A DNA stretch of 63,612 nucleotides, counting the filler, from Octopus bimaculoides (Eukaryota), in assembly GCF_001194135.2 (NCBI RefSeq). It is 6 parts of 5 records of this genome, joined end to end, with 100 filler letters (N's around TTAATTAATTAA, not from the genome) between each part and the next. Parts side by side here need not be neighbours in the genome. Positions count along the whole stretch, not along the records: positions 36,699 to 40,885 come from NC_068983.1; positions 40,986 to 59,523 come from NC_068981.1; 4 more parts are not named here. One strand, written 5' to 3'. Under the pieces are notes generated by a model that saw only the letters and a list, made by a program, of their open reading frames with translations, ran no database searches and had not been told where the DNA came from. The position numbers and the translations under genes are program-made. Shown here piece after piece: positions 39,316-51,700 of the stretch; the first letter of the stretch is position 1; every line of letters begins with the position of its first letter.

Positions 39316-40339
39316 CTTCTCGTCCTTTCTTGGTCGATAAAACAAAGTACCAATCAAGAATTGGGGTCGATAATATCGATTAATCCCTTCTCTTCAAAAG
39401 TGCTGGCCTTGCACCTAAATAAGAAACCATTATTTAGTCTAAGAAAAAGGAAAGATTACCAACAACTCTTCCCAGACCTTGATTGACAAGTGAAGTCGCT
39501 GTGGTTCAATATAATGAGTTATCTTTTCTTTAATTCTTTCTTTATACTTGTACATTATATAATCCTTAAGCTTAATGTCAGTAGCCATACACTAGTTTTA
39601 TGAAAAAATACAAAACTCCTTGTATAGAACTATGCGCTTCACAGTTTCAGCGAGGCGGTGTTTGGTTGTTGTGCACATGCTCATATGTTCGAGGTAGGAA
39701 GCTGCACGCTAGCGGGAGAGAGCACTGTGGTTCACGCAGTGCTGACCCTGGTGTGCTGGTGAAAGTTAGTGTTTCTTTTTGACTCCGCGTGTGTTGTGGT
39801 TAAAAACTTGTTTATATTCTTGAATGTGTGCTGCCAGGATTTGAAAAATAGGGCAGATTTCCCCCTCTTATTTTGTGATTTAGGGGGGATTTTTGAAAAA
39901 CAAGGGCGAATTCGCGGTGATGTTCAGTGAACAATTTAAACACACTACCCGACAATGGCTAAAACGCGAACCGACCAAGTTTTTGTATAAATTTTCATTT
40001 TATATGTTTGCTCGCAGCTGTCAATATCTAATGTGATGAATCAATATCATACACCACTCTGTTTCGCCTCTGTTTATGATCAGAGTTACAGGCCTTGTAG
40101 CGACAGAGGGTAGTGACAAACTGTTTTGTGAGTCAAGGGGGCTGTCCAAAAGGGAGGTTTCGTCCTTATATTTTCTGTGAATTGTGAAGAAATATTTCTA
40201 AGGTCCTACCTATATATACGTCATGACAGTGTTGAAATCTCTGCTGATTCTGGTCCGTGCAGAATATATCAACAGCCCAGTCATTAGTCTAAGTGTAACA
40301 TGTGTCTTTCACGTGACAATATATATAAGCTGATTCTCT

Positions 40340-40640
40340 CTTGATTCTCCCATTGACTTATATCATTGAAAGGATTATATTGGAAGGACAAGAAAACTCT
40401 TGGCTATATTTTCATTATTGTGCACAAAGTATGGAGGACGGGAAGTTGTTCTCTGTCACTTCCTCTTTGATGTCTCCTCTGAGTTATTGCATCAAATATT
40501 CGTTTAATTGGCTTTGTTGTATCTGTACGTTGGTTTCTTTTAATATATTAGTCTTGTCCTCAAGATTTTTGTCATTGTCTAGCTACATGAATGGTCAGAT
40601 TTACGAAGAAATTTTATCACTCAGGAATCTCCATTGATAT
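40340..40640 (-). mobile_element. Possible Penelope-like N-terminal relic
   Basis: IKFLRKSD...LDNDKNLEDKTNIL...LRGDIKEEV resembles the PLE segment (RKADKGNxVVILDKxxY) upstream of the RT; heavily degraded. Confidence 0.35.
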
Positions 40641-42572
40641 CAACATGGTTTGTTTTAACACTTTCACTATATGCTTTCCACCAAAAACGCCAGTAGAAGG
40701 CATAAGATATTAAACGCAGAGACACTTCAGAATAAATTATTTTACGAGCGTTCGTCTCCTCTTTTCATAGAACGTGGAATGGAGAAAGAGAAAATGATTT
40801 TTGAAAGAAAATAGTAACGGAAGTCCAATAGAAAGAGTCAGAGAAAAAAGAATTATATTTATCACCTGGAACTGTTATCTAATAANNNNNNNNNNNNNNN
40901 NNNNNNNNNNNNNNNNNNNNNNNNNNNNNTTAATTAATTAANNNNNNNNNNNNNNNNNNNNNNNNNNNNNNNNNNNNNNNNNNNNCACACACACGCACGC
41001 ACACACATATATATATAATTATATATATAAAAATCGAGTGTAATCGAATGCATGAATTATTGAAAACTACCAGGTTATTGACTTATACGTAACATGTATT
41101 GAACTGTCACTGCCCACTAATTTCCCGTCTTATACACACAGATACATATATGAACCAGTTGTAAGGATGCTTTAAGAATCCGCGCGCGTAAACATCAAGA
41201 CACCTCAAAGTGGCTAGATGCGAAGACATAGTGTTCACAATGAAAAAAAAAAACAAATATTTGCAGAGAGCAAGTGCTGGCAGGTTATCGAAGACATGCA
41301 AGAACTAAATTCAATGTGTAACTATCGATCCGCCTCACCAGTCCAGCAAATGTTGATTATGGATTGTAAATGTTGATGGTGGATTGTATATTATGATGTA
41401 ATCTTTTACGACTACGTTAAATAGAATTCTACTGAAACAGCTGTCATGAATTTTAAACGCCATTCATGTTTACTATTGTGTTATGACACTATCCTTGCTT
41501 GTGAATGATTTTCAACTGGTAAGGTGTTCGTGTGTCTTTTGACTTCAATAACTGAAATCTGACACTATTAGGTCTGATGAGTAGGCAAGGTGAGGTAGAG
41601 ATTCCGAGCCTAATGAATTTACCTTCCCTCTTCTTGTCTCCTTGAATGCACAACTTCATTCTCGCTGGACGTTTTATAAGTTACCTGCTTCCCTTCTCTA
41701 TACACTTTTTCTGTCTGCTTGAAATTATCAGGTTTTATCAAAGCTCTGGGCTAAGTGACTGATATACTGACGCACATTCTCTTCATTTACAATTTCAGCG
41801 TGTCGTTATTGAGAACATTTGTTATTCCCTATCTATACTCATACAAAACATCAACATCAGAGTTTTCGAATTTGTTAGGCCACCTCTGGCATTTTCGGAC
41901 ACTCACTTCATCAGGATATACAGTTCATATGCTTTTCCTTTACCCTTTGCATGTGCTGCTTTGTTAACCGTACGAAATTCACAAAACGTGCAATACAAAA
42001 AGTGAGCTCACTAATGTCCTTGTAAGCGATCAGATAGAGCATATATACACATATTAAAAATTCCACATTTACCCTTGGTCATTTACTCTACACTGATTAA
42101 TTAATTGCAAGGACAGCTTTTATTGGTTTGTAAGCTATTTGCTCAAAAATACAATATTTTTAAGTAGCACCAAGATCCAATTCAATCGAGGTATTTTAAT
42201 AACAAAAGTACCAAGGTAGAGTCGAGGATAGCATGCCTGCACATTAACAGTGTGTATGGATACTCACGTACTTACTAAAACATATACGGATTTGTCCTTC
42301 CAGTTACGCACACATCCACAAGTATAGACTAAATACAGTCAACGGATACGCAAAAAATCAGACAAGAGTATACTCCGGCGAGTAGTCCATGGACCACTAT
42401 AGGCTTAATATCCAACGTAGGGAAGGTTCCGAGTGTGGTGTTGAGGTTCACTACAGCTGTTTCATATATGTTTTATTTGTTCATCAAAAGGAACTACGTC
42501 TGGAACAGCTGTAGTGAAGTGAACCTCAGCCCATTTGTGTTATCATTTATACAACACACATATCATATATAG

Positions 42573-42624
<52 letters not shown>

Positions 42625-44138
42625 NNNNNNNNNNNNNNNNNNNNNNNNNNNNNNNNNNNNNNNNNNNNNNNNNNNNNNNNNNNNNNNNNNNNNNNNNNNN
42701 NNNNNNNNNNNNNNNNNNNNNNNNNNNNNNNNNNNNNNNNNNNNNNNNNNNNNNNNNNNNNNNNNNNNNNNNNNNNNNNNNNNNNNNNNNNNNNNNNNNN
42801 NNNNNNNNNNNNNNNNNNNNNNNNNNNNNNNNNNNNNNNNNNNNNNNNNNNNNNNNNNNNNNNNNNNNNNNNNNNNNNNNNNNNNNNNNNNNNNNNNNNN
42901 NNNNNNNNNNNNNNNNNNNNNNNNNNNNNNNNNNNNNNNNNNNNNNNNNNNNNNNNNNNNNNNNNNNNNNNNNNNNNNNNNNNNNNNNNNNNNNNNNNNA
43001 AATTGATTTTAATTGAGTTTTTTACCTGTAATTTTGGATTTTGTCCCTAATAATATTATTATATATATATATATATATATATGTGAACTATTCAAATGGA
43101 ATCATATATACATATACAAACATGCATGCATACATATATATAGATCAACTATTCAACTGGAACCAGCAAGAGAGCACTTTCACAAGCACTTTATCCCACA
43201 CTCCTTAAACACCCTACCCAACTCCTCTCTCAATCAATTATCTTGTTTTTGCCATTCACTATTTTCTTTCAGCTCTTGTTCATCAACACTCCTTCACTCA
43301 TACACTTATTAACAAACCCCAACCTCATCCCAGACACACCCAAATCTCTTAAATATAGAATCACACAGCACAACACAACCTGGGATCAGTTTGACAATCG
43401 CCACGGATGAATGCGAGAAAGTTCTCCAGAAAAATTAACAATGAGTCATTAAAAAAAATCTCCCCACCGAAGTAAATAATGATCTACAAAGCAAATTGTA
43501 AAATTATGATATTAAAAAATTAAATTGATTAGAACTTCCAGTAAGGTCATTCTTTTTCTTTTTCATATATATATATATGTGTGTGTGTGTGTGTNNNNNN
43601 NNNNNNNNNNNNNNNNNNNNNNNNNNNNNNNNNNNNNNNNNNNNNNNNNNNNNTTTTTGTTCTCTATATGCGAAACAAATAACGTTTTGAAATTATGCAT
43701 GGTTCACTCTTAAACCCGTTTAGGTATTACTCGTATATCTATTTTAGTTGTATTAACAAGTTTAATGGAGCGTATTGAATTAAAATCGGTGTATGGATTT
43801 TGAAGGTAAAGCATGGTTGGGAATTCACTGTAGGTTCACTCCGGTTCTTAAAATCTATCAGGTTGAGTAAAAAGTAAGCAACGTTTTGAACCATGGAGAA
43901 TTTGTACTGGATTTTTGAATTTTTTTAAACATTTTTTTGAAATTGTCTGATAATACAGACATAGATTGTATAGATGTCCAAATGCATCAATACATTAACA
44001 TTAATATTTTTTTTAACCATTGTTACAATCTTATGAAATGGAGCTGTCAAAGTGAGGTATTCGAGCGATTTTTTCCTATTCAACTTCAAAAATGGATGCA
44101 AAGCAGCTGAAACTGCTCGCGAGTATCAGCGAAATGCC

Positions 44139-45916
44139 CGCTTGTGATTTTCAGTGTGATTTTTCTTGTGAGAAGAAGGTGAGAGCTGTTGTTACTTCTT
44201 TTACTGTTGATAATATTGCTGAAGCGTCTCGTGCGTGTTGTTGTTACTTTCTGCTGTTGGTTTGATTCCTTTTCTCCCCATTTGGGGGTGAGGAAGAGCG
44301 TAGCATTATGGAAAGCTACGCGAAAGCTGCTACGGCAAAGGCAGCCACACAGTTGAAAGCCAGAACGAAAAGTTGGTAGGTGGTAAAGAAGGGGGAAGGA
44401 GCAATCAAGCTGGTCCCCCCACCACCCACAAGAGTCATTGGAAGAGAACAGGGAAAAATCAGTGGGGGACCGCACGCAAGCGGTCGCCCCAAATAAAATT
44501 GAGAAAGTGTCAGAAGACGTGGAGGAGTACCTGGGGAATATCATGCAAGAAGCAACATTTGTAAGCAGAGGAAAGAGGTATGGAACAGTGAAGGTGAGGT
44601 TTGCAACCCAAAAAGAGGCTGCCTCACACTCAATAGATATCCTGAGGTCGGACAAGGTGGCGCTGTTGCCCACATGTAAGGGAAGGCGTATCGTCCGGGT
44701 CGGATACCTAGGGTGCCGCCTGAGATTAAGACAGAGTGGTTGAAAGCAGCCATTAAGTCAGCCACCGATTATAAGCCGGAGTTTAGAGATGTTGGAAGAA
44801 CGGATATGTTGAATTGATGGAGAAGCAGAGTGAAGATGTGGCTATTCGCCACATTTGAAGATGTTGAGAGGCTTTCCTACCAATTAGAGATCGAAGGGGA
44901 AAATTCCCTGAATATAATAGTTGAGGGTCGCAGGCCCAATTGCTACATCTGCGGTAAAAGGGGGCACATGAAATTCATGTGCCCCCTATATAAAAATAAG
45001 CATCTTGATCCAATGCAGAATGAGAAAGAGGAGATAGAAGGAGAAAGGAAGACGGATGGAAAGATGGAGGCAGAAATGGAAAAGATAAAAAAACAAGAAG
45101 TATGAGCAAGAGACGGAAGAGATAGAGGGAAAAACGAAAGCAGCAATAGAGGGGAGTGTCGGGTTCGTCCGCCCTAATATAAGAAAGCGAGATCAAGGGA
45201 AGTGTTACAGAGAGCATCAGAAGAAGCAGTGAAGGCGGACAAAAAAGATAAAGATCCGCCTGAACTTGCACACGAAGTAGAAAAGAATCCAGAGAGGAGA
45301 CAAGAAGGTGCGAAGTCCAGCGACCATAAAGGAATTTTGATATTTTATACGAAATCAATAGAGGTAGAGAAGAGAATATCGAAGTGGAAGAATTTAATTA
45401 GAGTGAAGCTACCAAAGGGAAGGTTCGGAGAAGAAGAAAGGTGTGTATTGGTGAATGAGGAAATGAGCGACAATCGTTGGAGATATTGCAGTGAATTTAC
45501 CATAAGGATGGACGGGCCGGTGTACTTTAATGGAAGGCCGCCGGTTGTGGATTATGAAAGAATAGAGAATTTCAAATTTAAGGTAATTAATTTATTATGA
45601 ACATTTTTGAAACAAAAAGGAAAAAAAGGGGGGAAAAACTTTTTGAACTTTACTCGAGAAAAATGTGTTTTGATAAAAGAATGAGAAAAAAGAGATAGAC
45701 TGTCTAAATGTAACCACTCGACTTCGGGGCTCGAGTGGTCATTCCACCTCATTGTATCATCTTCTCATAATTCATTCGTTTCTTTTATATTTACTTCTTT
45801 TCTCAAATTTCTGTTTTATAATTTTATTTTCCCGATTCTCTGTTGTGCATTGCCTGTATGTGTTGTATTTGTCTTTCCGGTTTTGATGTACCCCTTTTAT
45901 AGATAATTAAAAAAAG
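44139..45916 (+). mobile_element. Nested ORF1-only L1/Tx1-like retroelement E1 (gag-like ORF1 with zinc knuckle; frameshifted)
   Basis: MESYAKAA start at 44308; RGKRYGTVKVRF (RRM-like); VEGRRPNCYICGKRGHMKFMCP (CX2CX4HX4C); 3' end tgtaccccttttatagataatt plus A-run; no endonuclease or RT coding before the tail; gap-free. Confidence 0.75.
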
Positions 45917-45928
45917 CAACGAAACGTT

Positions 45929-47491
45929 CGCTTCTGATATTTGAATTGTAAGTTCGTGTTTACTATTGTTTATTGAAAGGCGTTGTATTGTTTTGTGCTG
46001 CTTTGCTGCGGTTGTATGATTGTGCTGTCCTTCAGCGTTCTGAGGAGAGATGGTTGTGTTTGAAAATGTTTTTTATTCGGACCTAACTGAAACAGGGATG
46101 TCGACTTCAGAATTGTCATCGTCTGAGGAAGATCTGGTCAGGTCTATTTAAAAAAAATAGAAGAAACTTTAAAGGCGAAAAGTTTTACAGAAGTGGCAGG
46201 TGCCTCTATGAAGGATGTGAGTTTGGAAAACCTGAAGAACTTTGGAAAAATGCTGGAGAAGGAATGTGGTGACGTGAAATTGTCACCACCGAATGAGGTA
46301 CTTAAAATCATGGAAGAAGGTAGAATAGTTTACAAAGTGTATTCAATCAAGGAGAGAAGAATTGAAAATGAGGTTACGAAGGAAATAGAGAAGGCATTGA
46401 GTCCAATCTGGCAAGATATATCAATGAAGACAGAAAGGATGTTTTTCCTACCCACATACCTTGGAAGAACTTCCAGGGTCAAGATAGAGGGAATCCCTCC
46501 TGAAATAGACGTGGCTTGGGTGGCGGCGGAAGGAAGTGGCCGTACTCCAAGCCACAAAAGCAAAAGTAAGGAATTGGTGAGGCAAAGCTCTAGAAATGTT
46601 GATTCAAATTTCAGTAGAAAATATGGAGAAACTGGCAGAAGCGGTATCAGTAGGAGATACAGTAATGAAAGTGTGGGTCGAGGGCAGAACACCTCGCTGC
46701 TACATATGTGGCCAAAAGGGCTACATTAGAGGGGACTGCCCTCAAACAAAACAACATGCACAGGAGACGGTCGAGAAAGAGAAGGAAATAATGGAAGAGA
46801 AGGAGGAAACTGACGAGGAAGGATGGAGCGTAGCTGGAAGGAAAGAACAGAGGAAGAGGAAGAAGGACAGTCAAAGTGGAACCCCAACCCGTACCCATCC
46901 CANNNNNNNNNNNNNNNNNNNNNNNNNNNNNNNNNNNNNNNNNNNNNNNNNNNNNNNNNNNNNNNNNNNNNNNNNNNNNNNNNNNNNNNNNNNNNNNNNN
47001 NNNNNNNNNNNNNNNNNNNNNNNNNNNNNNNNNNNNNNNNNNNNNNNNNNNNNNNNNNNNNNNNNNNNNNNNNNNNNNNNNNNNNNNNNNNNNNNNNNNN
47101 NNNNNNNNNNNNNNNNNNNNNNNNNNNNNNNNNNNNNNNNNNNNNNNNNNNNNNNNNNNNNNNNNGAAAATATGGTTGCATGCGCATTGGTGCCGGAAGG
47201 TCGCATGAGATAGGTGATGGAATACAAGAAGGTTTTAGGTATAAAAAAGTGGTTTGTAATTTGAAGGAAATACCAAAAGAAATAGAAAACTGTGAGTTAA
47301 AAGAACAACAGGATATAAACATGAACTGGCTATAAAAAGTAAAGCACATTTTCATATATCATTTCGTTTTTTTAATTCATGTTATCATAAATTTATTCTA
47401 TTTTAATATGTCCCCACATGTTTTGTGTTGTCCTTCCAAAACGTTCAAACGTTAATATATATGTATGCCTTTTATAGGTAATAGAAAAACG
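45929..47491 (+). mobile_element. Nested ORF1-only L1/Tx1-like retroelement E2
   Basis: FLPTYLGRTSRVKIEGIPPEIDVAWVAA and VEGRTPRCYICGQKGYIRGDCP are homologous to E1; 3' end tgtatgccttttataggtaat plus A-run; contains an N gap of about 260 bases. Confidence 0.7.
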
Positions 47492-49082
47492 CAACGAAAC
47501 GTTTGGTGAGGAAATGACCACTGAGCGGTCATCTCGAAAATGGCTTAAACGGTTTTGCAGTGGAGACCTGAGCCTTGAAGATCGTGAGCGTAGTGGACGC
47601 CCGTCTGTCATCGATGACGGTCAAGTAAAGACAGTCATTGAGAAAGATCCACATAAAACCACTCGGGNNNNNNNNNNGTCTGTCATCGATGACGGTCAAG
47701 TAAAGACAGTCATTGAGAAAGATCCACATAAAACCACTCGGGAACTGGCAAAAGAACTTCAAGTTAGCCAGAAAACTGTCTGCAACCATTTGAATGCGAT
47801 CGGAAAATCAAAAAAGCTCGTCAAATGGGTACCACAAGATTTGAATGAAAATTAGAAAATGCAGATAAGAAATTTGCTCGTCACTTCTTCTCCGTAACCA
47901 GACCGATCCATTTCTTGACCGTATTGTAACTTGCGATGAAAAGTAGATTCTGTATGATAATGAAAAAACGTTCTTCGCAGTGGTTGGACCAAAATGAAGC
48001 ACCGACAACCTTCCGTAAACCCGAGCTCTTGAAAAAGAAGGTTATTGTGACTGTTTGGTGGTGTACTGCTGGACTCATCCACTGTAACTTATAATCCGGA
48101 AAAACCATTACTGCAGAAACATATTGCCATGAAATTGCCAAAATGAACAAAAGACTGCTACTCCTCCGTCCCAAACTAGTCAACAGAAGAAGGCCAATCA
48201 TTCTTCATGAAAATGCTCGACTTTTCGTTTCGCTAATGACACTCCAGAAGTTGAGGGAACTTGGCTACAAAGTTCTTCCCACCCAGTTTATTCCCCAGAC
48301 CTTTCTCCTACGACTATTACTTTTTTTTCAAGTACCTTGATGGTTTCCTGCGAGAGAAGGAGCTCAAAAATAAAACCGATGCTGGAAGTGCGTTCAAAGA
48401 GTTCATCAGCTCCAGAACTCCAGATTTTTATGTTACTGCAATAAACGAACTTGTAACTTGTTGGCAAAAATGTGTTGATTGCAATAGTACTTACTTTGAT
48501 GAATAAAATTTCCCGATTGTTGAAATATATTGTGATGAATTTCATGTTTCAAAATGTTGCTTACTTTTCACTCAGCCTGATATGTCAGAGATAAATTTAT
48601 TTCATAAGTTTTGATTTCGTTTAGAGTGTTCTAGTTTTAGGGGTACTTGAGATTTTTGTAAATATTTAGTCACAGAATTGGAAAAAATAACCTTTGAAAT
48701 GTCGTTCTGTTTTATACAGTATATTCAAGTTATCGGTTTTAACAAATACTTCAGTTGATTCTTTTGTATAACGCGTACTTCAGATACTTATTATCCGTAG
48801 ACAGAGTTGTTGAAATGTAGGAGTTTGCAGTCTAATTATCAGTAGACATTTATCCAAACGTATGATTGAGTTTAGATCCTGGATTAATCACGGAAATGTA
48901 AACATCAATGGATTCTTTTGATGAAATTTTCTGCCGTATACAAAAAATAGTTAATGTTTGTTTTTCTATTTCTTTAGTCGATATGTTAATTGCATTTTCA
49001 TATGTAATATTTCAACTTAAAAGGTCTTTGTAATTTAAGATATCTCTTGTGAAACACGTGTATTTTTAACGGAATAAAATTA

Positions 49083-49537
49083 TCTATATATATAAAAATG
49101 AGAATGTGTGTCTGTCTGTCTGTCTGTCTGTCTGTGTGAATCCCTAAAATTCGAGAACTACGCAACCAATTTCATTCAAATTTTACACATGCCTTACTTA
49201 GGGTTCAAGTTGTGTTTTAGTCCAAAAAGATGTTTAACTTCTTGCAGAGTTCGAGCACACGGCAACATAATATCTCCTCCACTATTTAAGTATTACGTGT
49301 CAAAAGTGAAACAAAAACACTCATGTCAAATACTTTCACTTTAAAAATGAAACTATTCCACTAACTGAAACAATCACATTTCGATACTGTAGTGACAGAT
49401 ACTTTCACAGAGAGAGAAAGAGAGAAAGAGAGAGACAGAAAGAGAGAGACAGAAAGAGAGAGAGAGAGAGATGTATATGTATACATGTACATGTATATGT
49501 ACACCATTTCGATACTGTAATGACAGATACTTTCAGA
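49083..49537 (+). mobile_element. Non-autonomous Helitron-like 5' part
   Basis: a|TCtatatatataaaaatgagaatgtg(tgtc)n...ccaatttcattcaaattttacac start typical of microsatellite-bearing Helitrons; runs into a gap. Confidence 0.55.
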
Positions 49538-50605
49538 NNNNNNNNNNNNNNNNNNNNNNNNNNNNNNNNNNNNNNNNNNNNNNNNNNNNNNNNNNNNNNN
49601 NNNNNNNNNNNNNNNNNNNNNNNNNNNNNNNNNNNNNNNNNNNNNNNNNNNNNNNNNNNNNNNNNNNNNNNNNNNNNNNNNNNNNNNNNNNNNNNNNNNN
49701 NNNNNNNNNNNNNNNNNNNNNNNNNNNNNNNNNNNNNNNNNNNNNNNNNNNNNNNNNNNNNNNNNNNNNNNNNNNNNNNNNNNNNNNNNNNNNNNNNNNN
49801 NNNNNNNNNNNNNNNNNNNNNNNNNNNNNNNNNNNNNNNNNNNNNNNNNNNNNNNNNNNNNNNNNNNNNNNNNNNNNNNNNNNNNNNNNNNNNNNNNNNN
49901 NNNNNNNNNNNNNNNNNNNNNNNNNNNNNNNNNNNNNNNNNNNNNNNNNNNNNNNNNNNNNNNNNNNNNNNNNNNNNNNNNNNNNNNNNNNNNNNNNNNN
50001 NNNNNNNNNNNNNNNNNNNNNNNNNNNNNNNNNNNNNNNNNNNNNNNNNNNNNNNNNNNNNNNNNNNNNNNNNNNNNNNNNNNNNNNNNNNNNNNNNNNN
50101 NNNNNNNNNNNNNNNNNNNNNNNNNNNNNNNNNNNNNNNNNNNNNNNNNNNNNNNNNNNNNNNNNNNNNNNNNNNNNNNNNNNNNNNNNNNNNNNNNNNN
50201 NNNNNNNNNNNNNNNNNNNNNNNNNNNNNNNNNNNNNNNNNNNNNNNNNNNNNNNNNNNNNNNNNNNNNNNNNNNNNNNNNNNNNNNNNNNNNNNNNNNN
50301 NNNNNNNNNNNNNNNNNNNNNNNNNNNNNNNNNNNNNNNNNNNNNNNNNNNNNNNNNNNNNNNNNNNNNNNNNNNNNNNNNNNNNNNNNNNNNNNNNNNN
50401 NNNNNNNNNNNNNNNNNNNNNNNNNNNNNNNNNNNNNNNNNNNNNAAGGGAAAACAAGGAACATTGTTTAAAATGAGGTGTTATAATCACAACAGCAAGA
50501 AAGTATGTACATGATCACCTTCTTTTACGAAACTTCATTGACTTTCATATATTTATATTGATATACATATATATACGTGTGTTTGGGTGCGTGTGTGTAT
50601 ATACA

Positions 50606-50696
50606 TCTCTATATATAAAGATGATGCGTAGTCTAGACGGCGTTTTTAGATTTCATTATTCTCTTTAACCCGGGCAACGCCGGGTATTTCTGCTAG
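50606..50696 (+). mobile_element. Helitron 3' end / mini-Helitron
   Basis: a|TC start, subterminal hairpin cccgg-gcaacg-ccggg (50669-84), CTAG|t at 50693-96. Confidence 0.75.
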
Positions 50697-51499
50697 TTTA
50701 CTATAAAGTAATGCAGTTTAAATATTTATTCAAGTGACGTTAATACATAGTTGTCTGTTTCATTTAGAAATTTTCGGAGTTATTTAATTAAGGATAGTTT
50801 GAGAATGCATAAACATATAGTGGATAAGCAAATGCTGTATAAGAACAAAATTTTCGTACAAGACACCAACAAAATATTTGTGGATATTGGAGGAGCAAAT
50901 AGCGGAAAGCTTCAGCTTAGAGGTTTGTATATAATTTTAAAACAGTTTTGCTAAAATGGTAACACATACAAATCCGTGTTTCGTTGCAGTAAAGGTTATA
51001 ATGAGATAATAGTTTTGGGCGAGGGAAGAGTGGAAATTGATTAAGGAATTTTAATGAAATTAGTATATCTGATGCAGTGATTAGAAACTATTGATTAAGC
51101 AAGTATAAGGAAACTGAAAAAAATATTGATTTTTTATATTTATTGATACTGTTGGACCATGAGACAATGTTGCATAATTCAAATAAAAACGTGAAGGAAT
51201 TTAGAGGTGTCTGAAAAGTGTATCAGCTGAGAAAGTCAGTATAACCGTATACACTATAGATTGTAGTGTATTGATAAGAGCAAATGTAGTGAATTAATTT
51301 AAACGTATAAGAGTAATGATTTCAAAAGACATTTTAAAATAATTATTTAATATTTGAGTTAAAGTATTGATTTCTTTAATCTAAAACCGCAACGATATGT
51401 AATATAAATAGCAGACAATATGAAATATAGAAGAGGCAATAATGATTCCAAAATTTAAGATTAATATTTATCATACAATGTTAATTCTTTTCTACTCTA

Positions 51500-51700
51500 A
51501 GCACAAGGCCAGACATTTTTAAGGGAGGGGACCTGTTGATTATATCGACCCCAGTAAGCAACTGGTACTTAATTTATCGACTTCGAAAGAATGAAAGGCA
51601 AAGTCGACTTCGGCGGAATTTGAACTCAGAACGTAAAACAGACAAAATACCACTAAACATTTCGCCCGGCATGCTAACATTTCTGCCAGCTCGCCACCTT
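51500..51700 (-). mobile_element. SINE family A
   Basis: Full core; flanked by atacaatg(t/c)taatt direct repeats. Confidence 0.85.

Larger units (their letters stand above)
43858..48580 (+). mobile_element. Complete mariner (cecropia/Hsmar1-like, DD34D), about 1.3 kb once two nested insertions are removed
   Basis: TA TSDs at 43856-57 and 48581-82; TIRs tcaggttgagtaaaaagtaagcaacgttttgaa / ttcaaaatgttgcttacttttcactcagcctga; coding MELSK...NFKNGCKAAETAR (44038-44126) resumes NETFGEEMTTERSSRKWLKRFCSGD...SGRP...WVPQDL...DRIVTCDEK...YSPDLSP...WQKCVDCNSTYFDE. Confidence 0.95.

Noticed and set aside
44139-47491. E1/E2 as a tandem duplication or as retroviral gag/LTR elements
   Set aside because: They are too divergent from each other for a duplication with identical T2/T3, have no LTRs or PBS, and end in A-rich tails with 12-bp TSDs
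47600-47740. Direct duplication inside the mariner across 10 Ns (similar at 25760-25850 and 60380-60430)
   Set aside because: Typical unmerged contig overlap artefact
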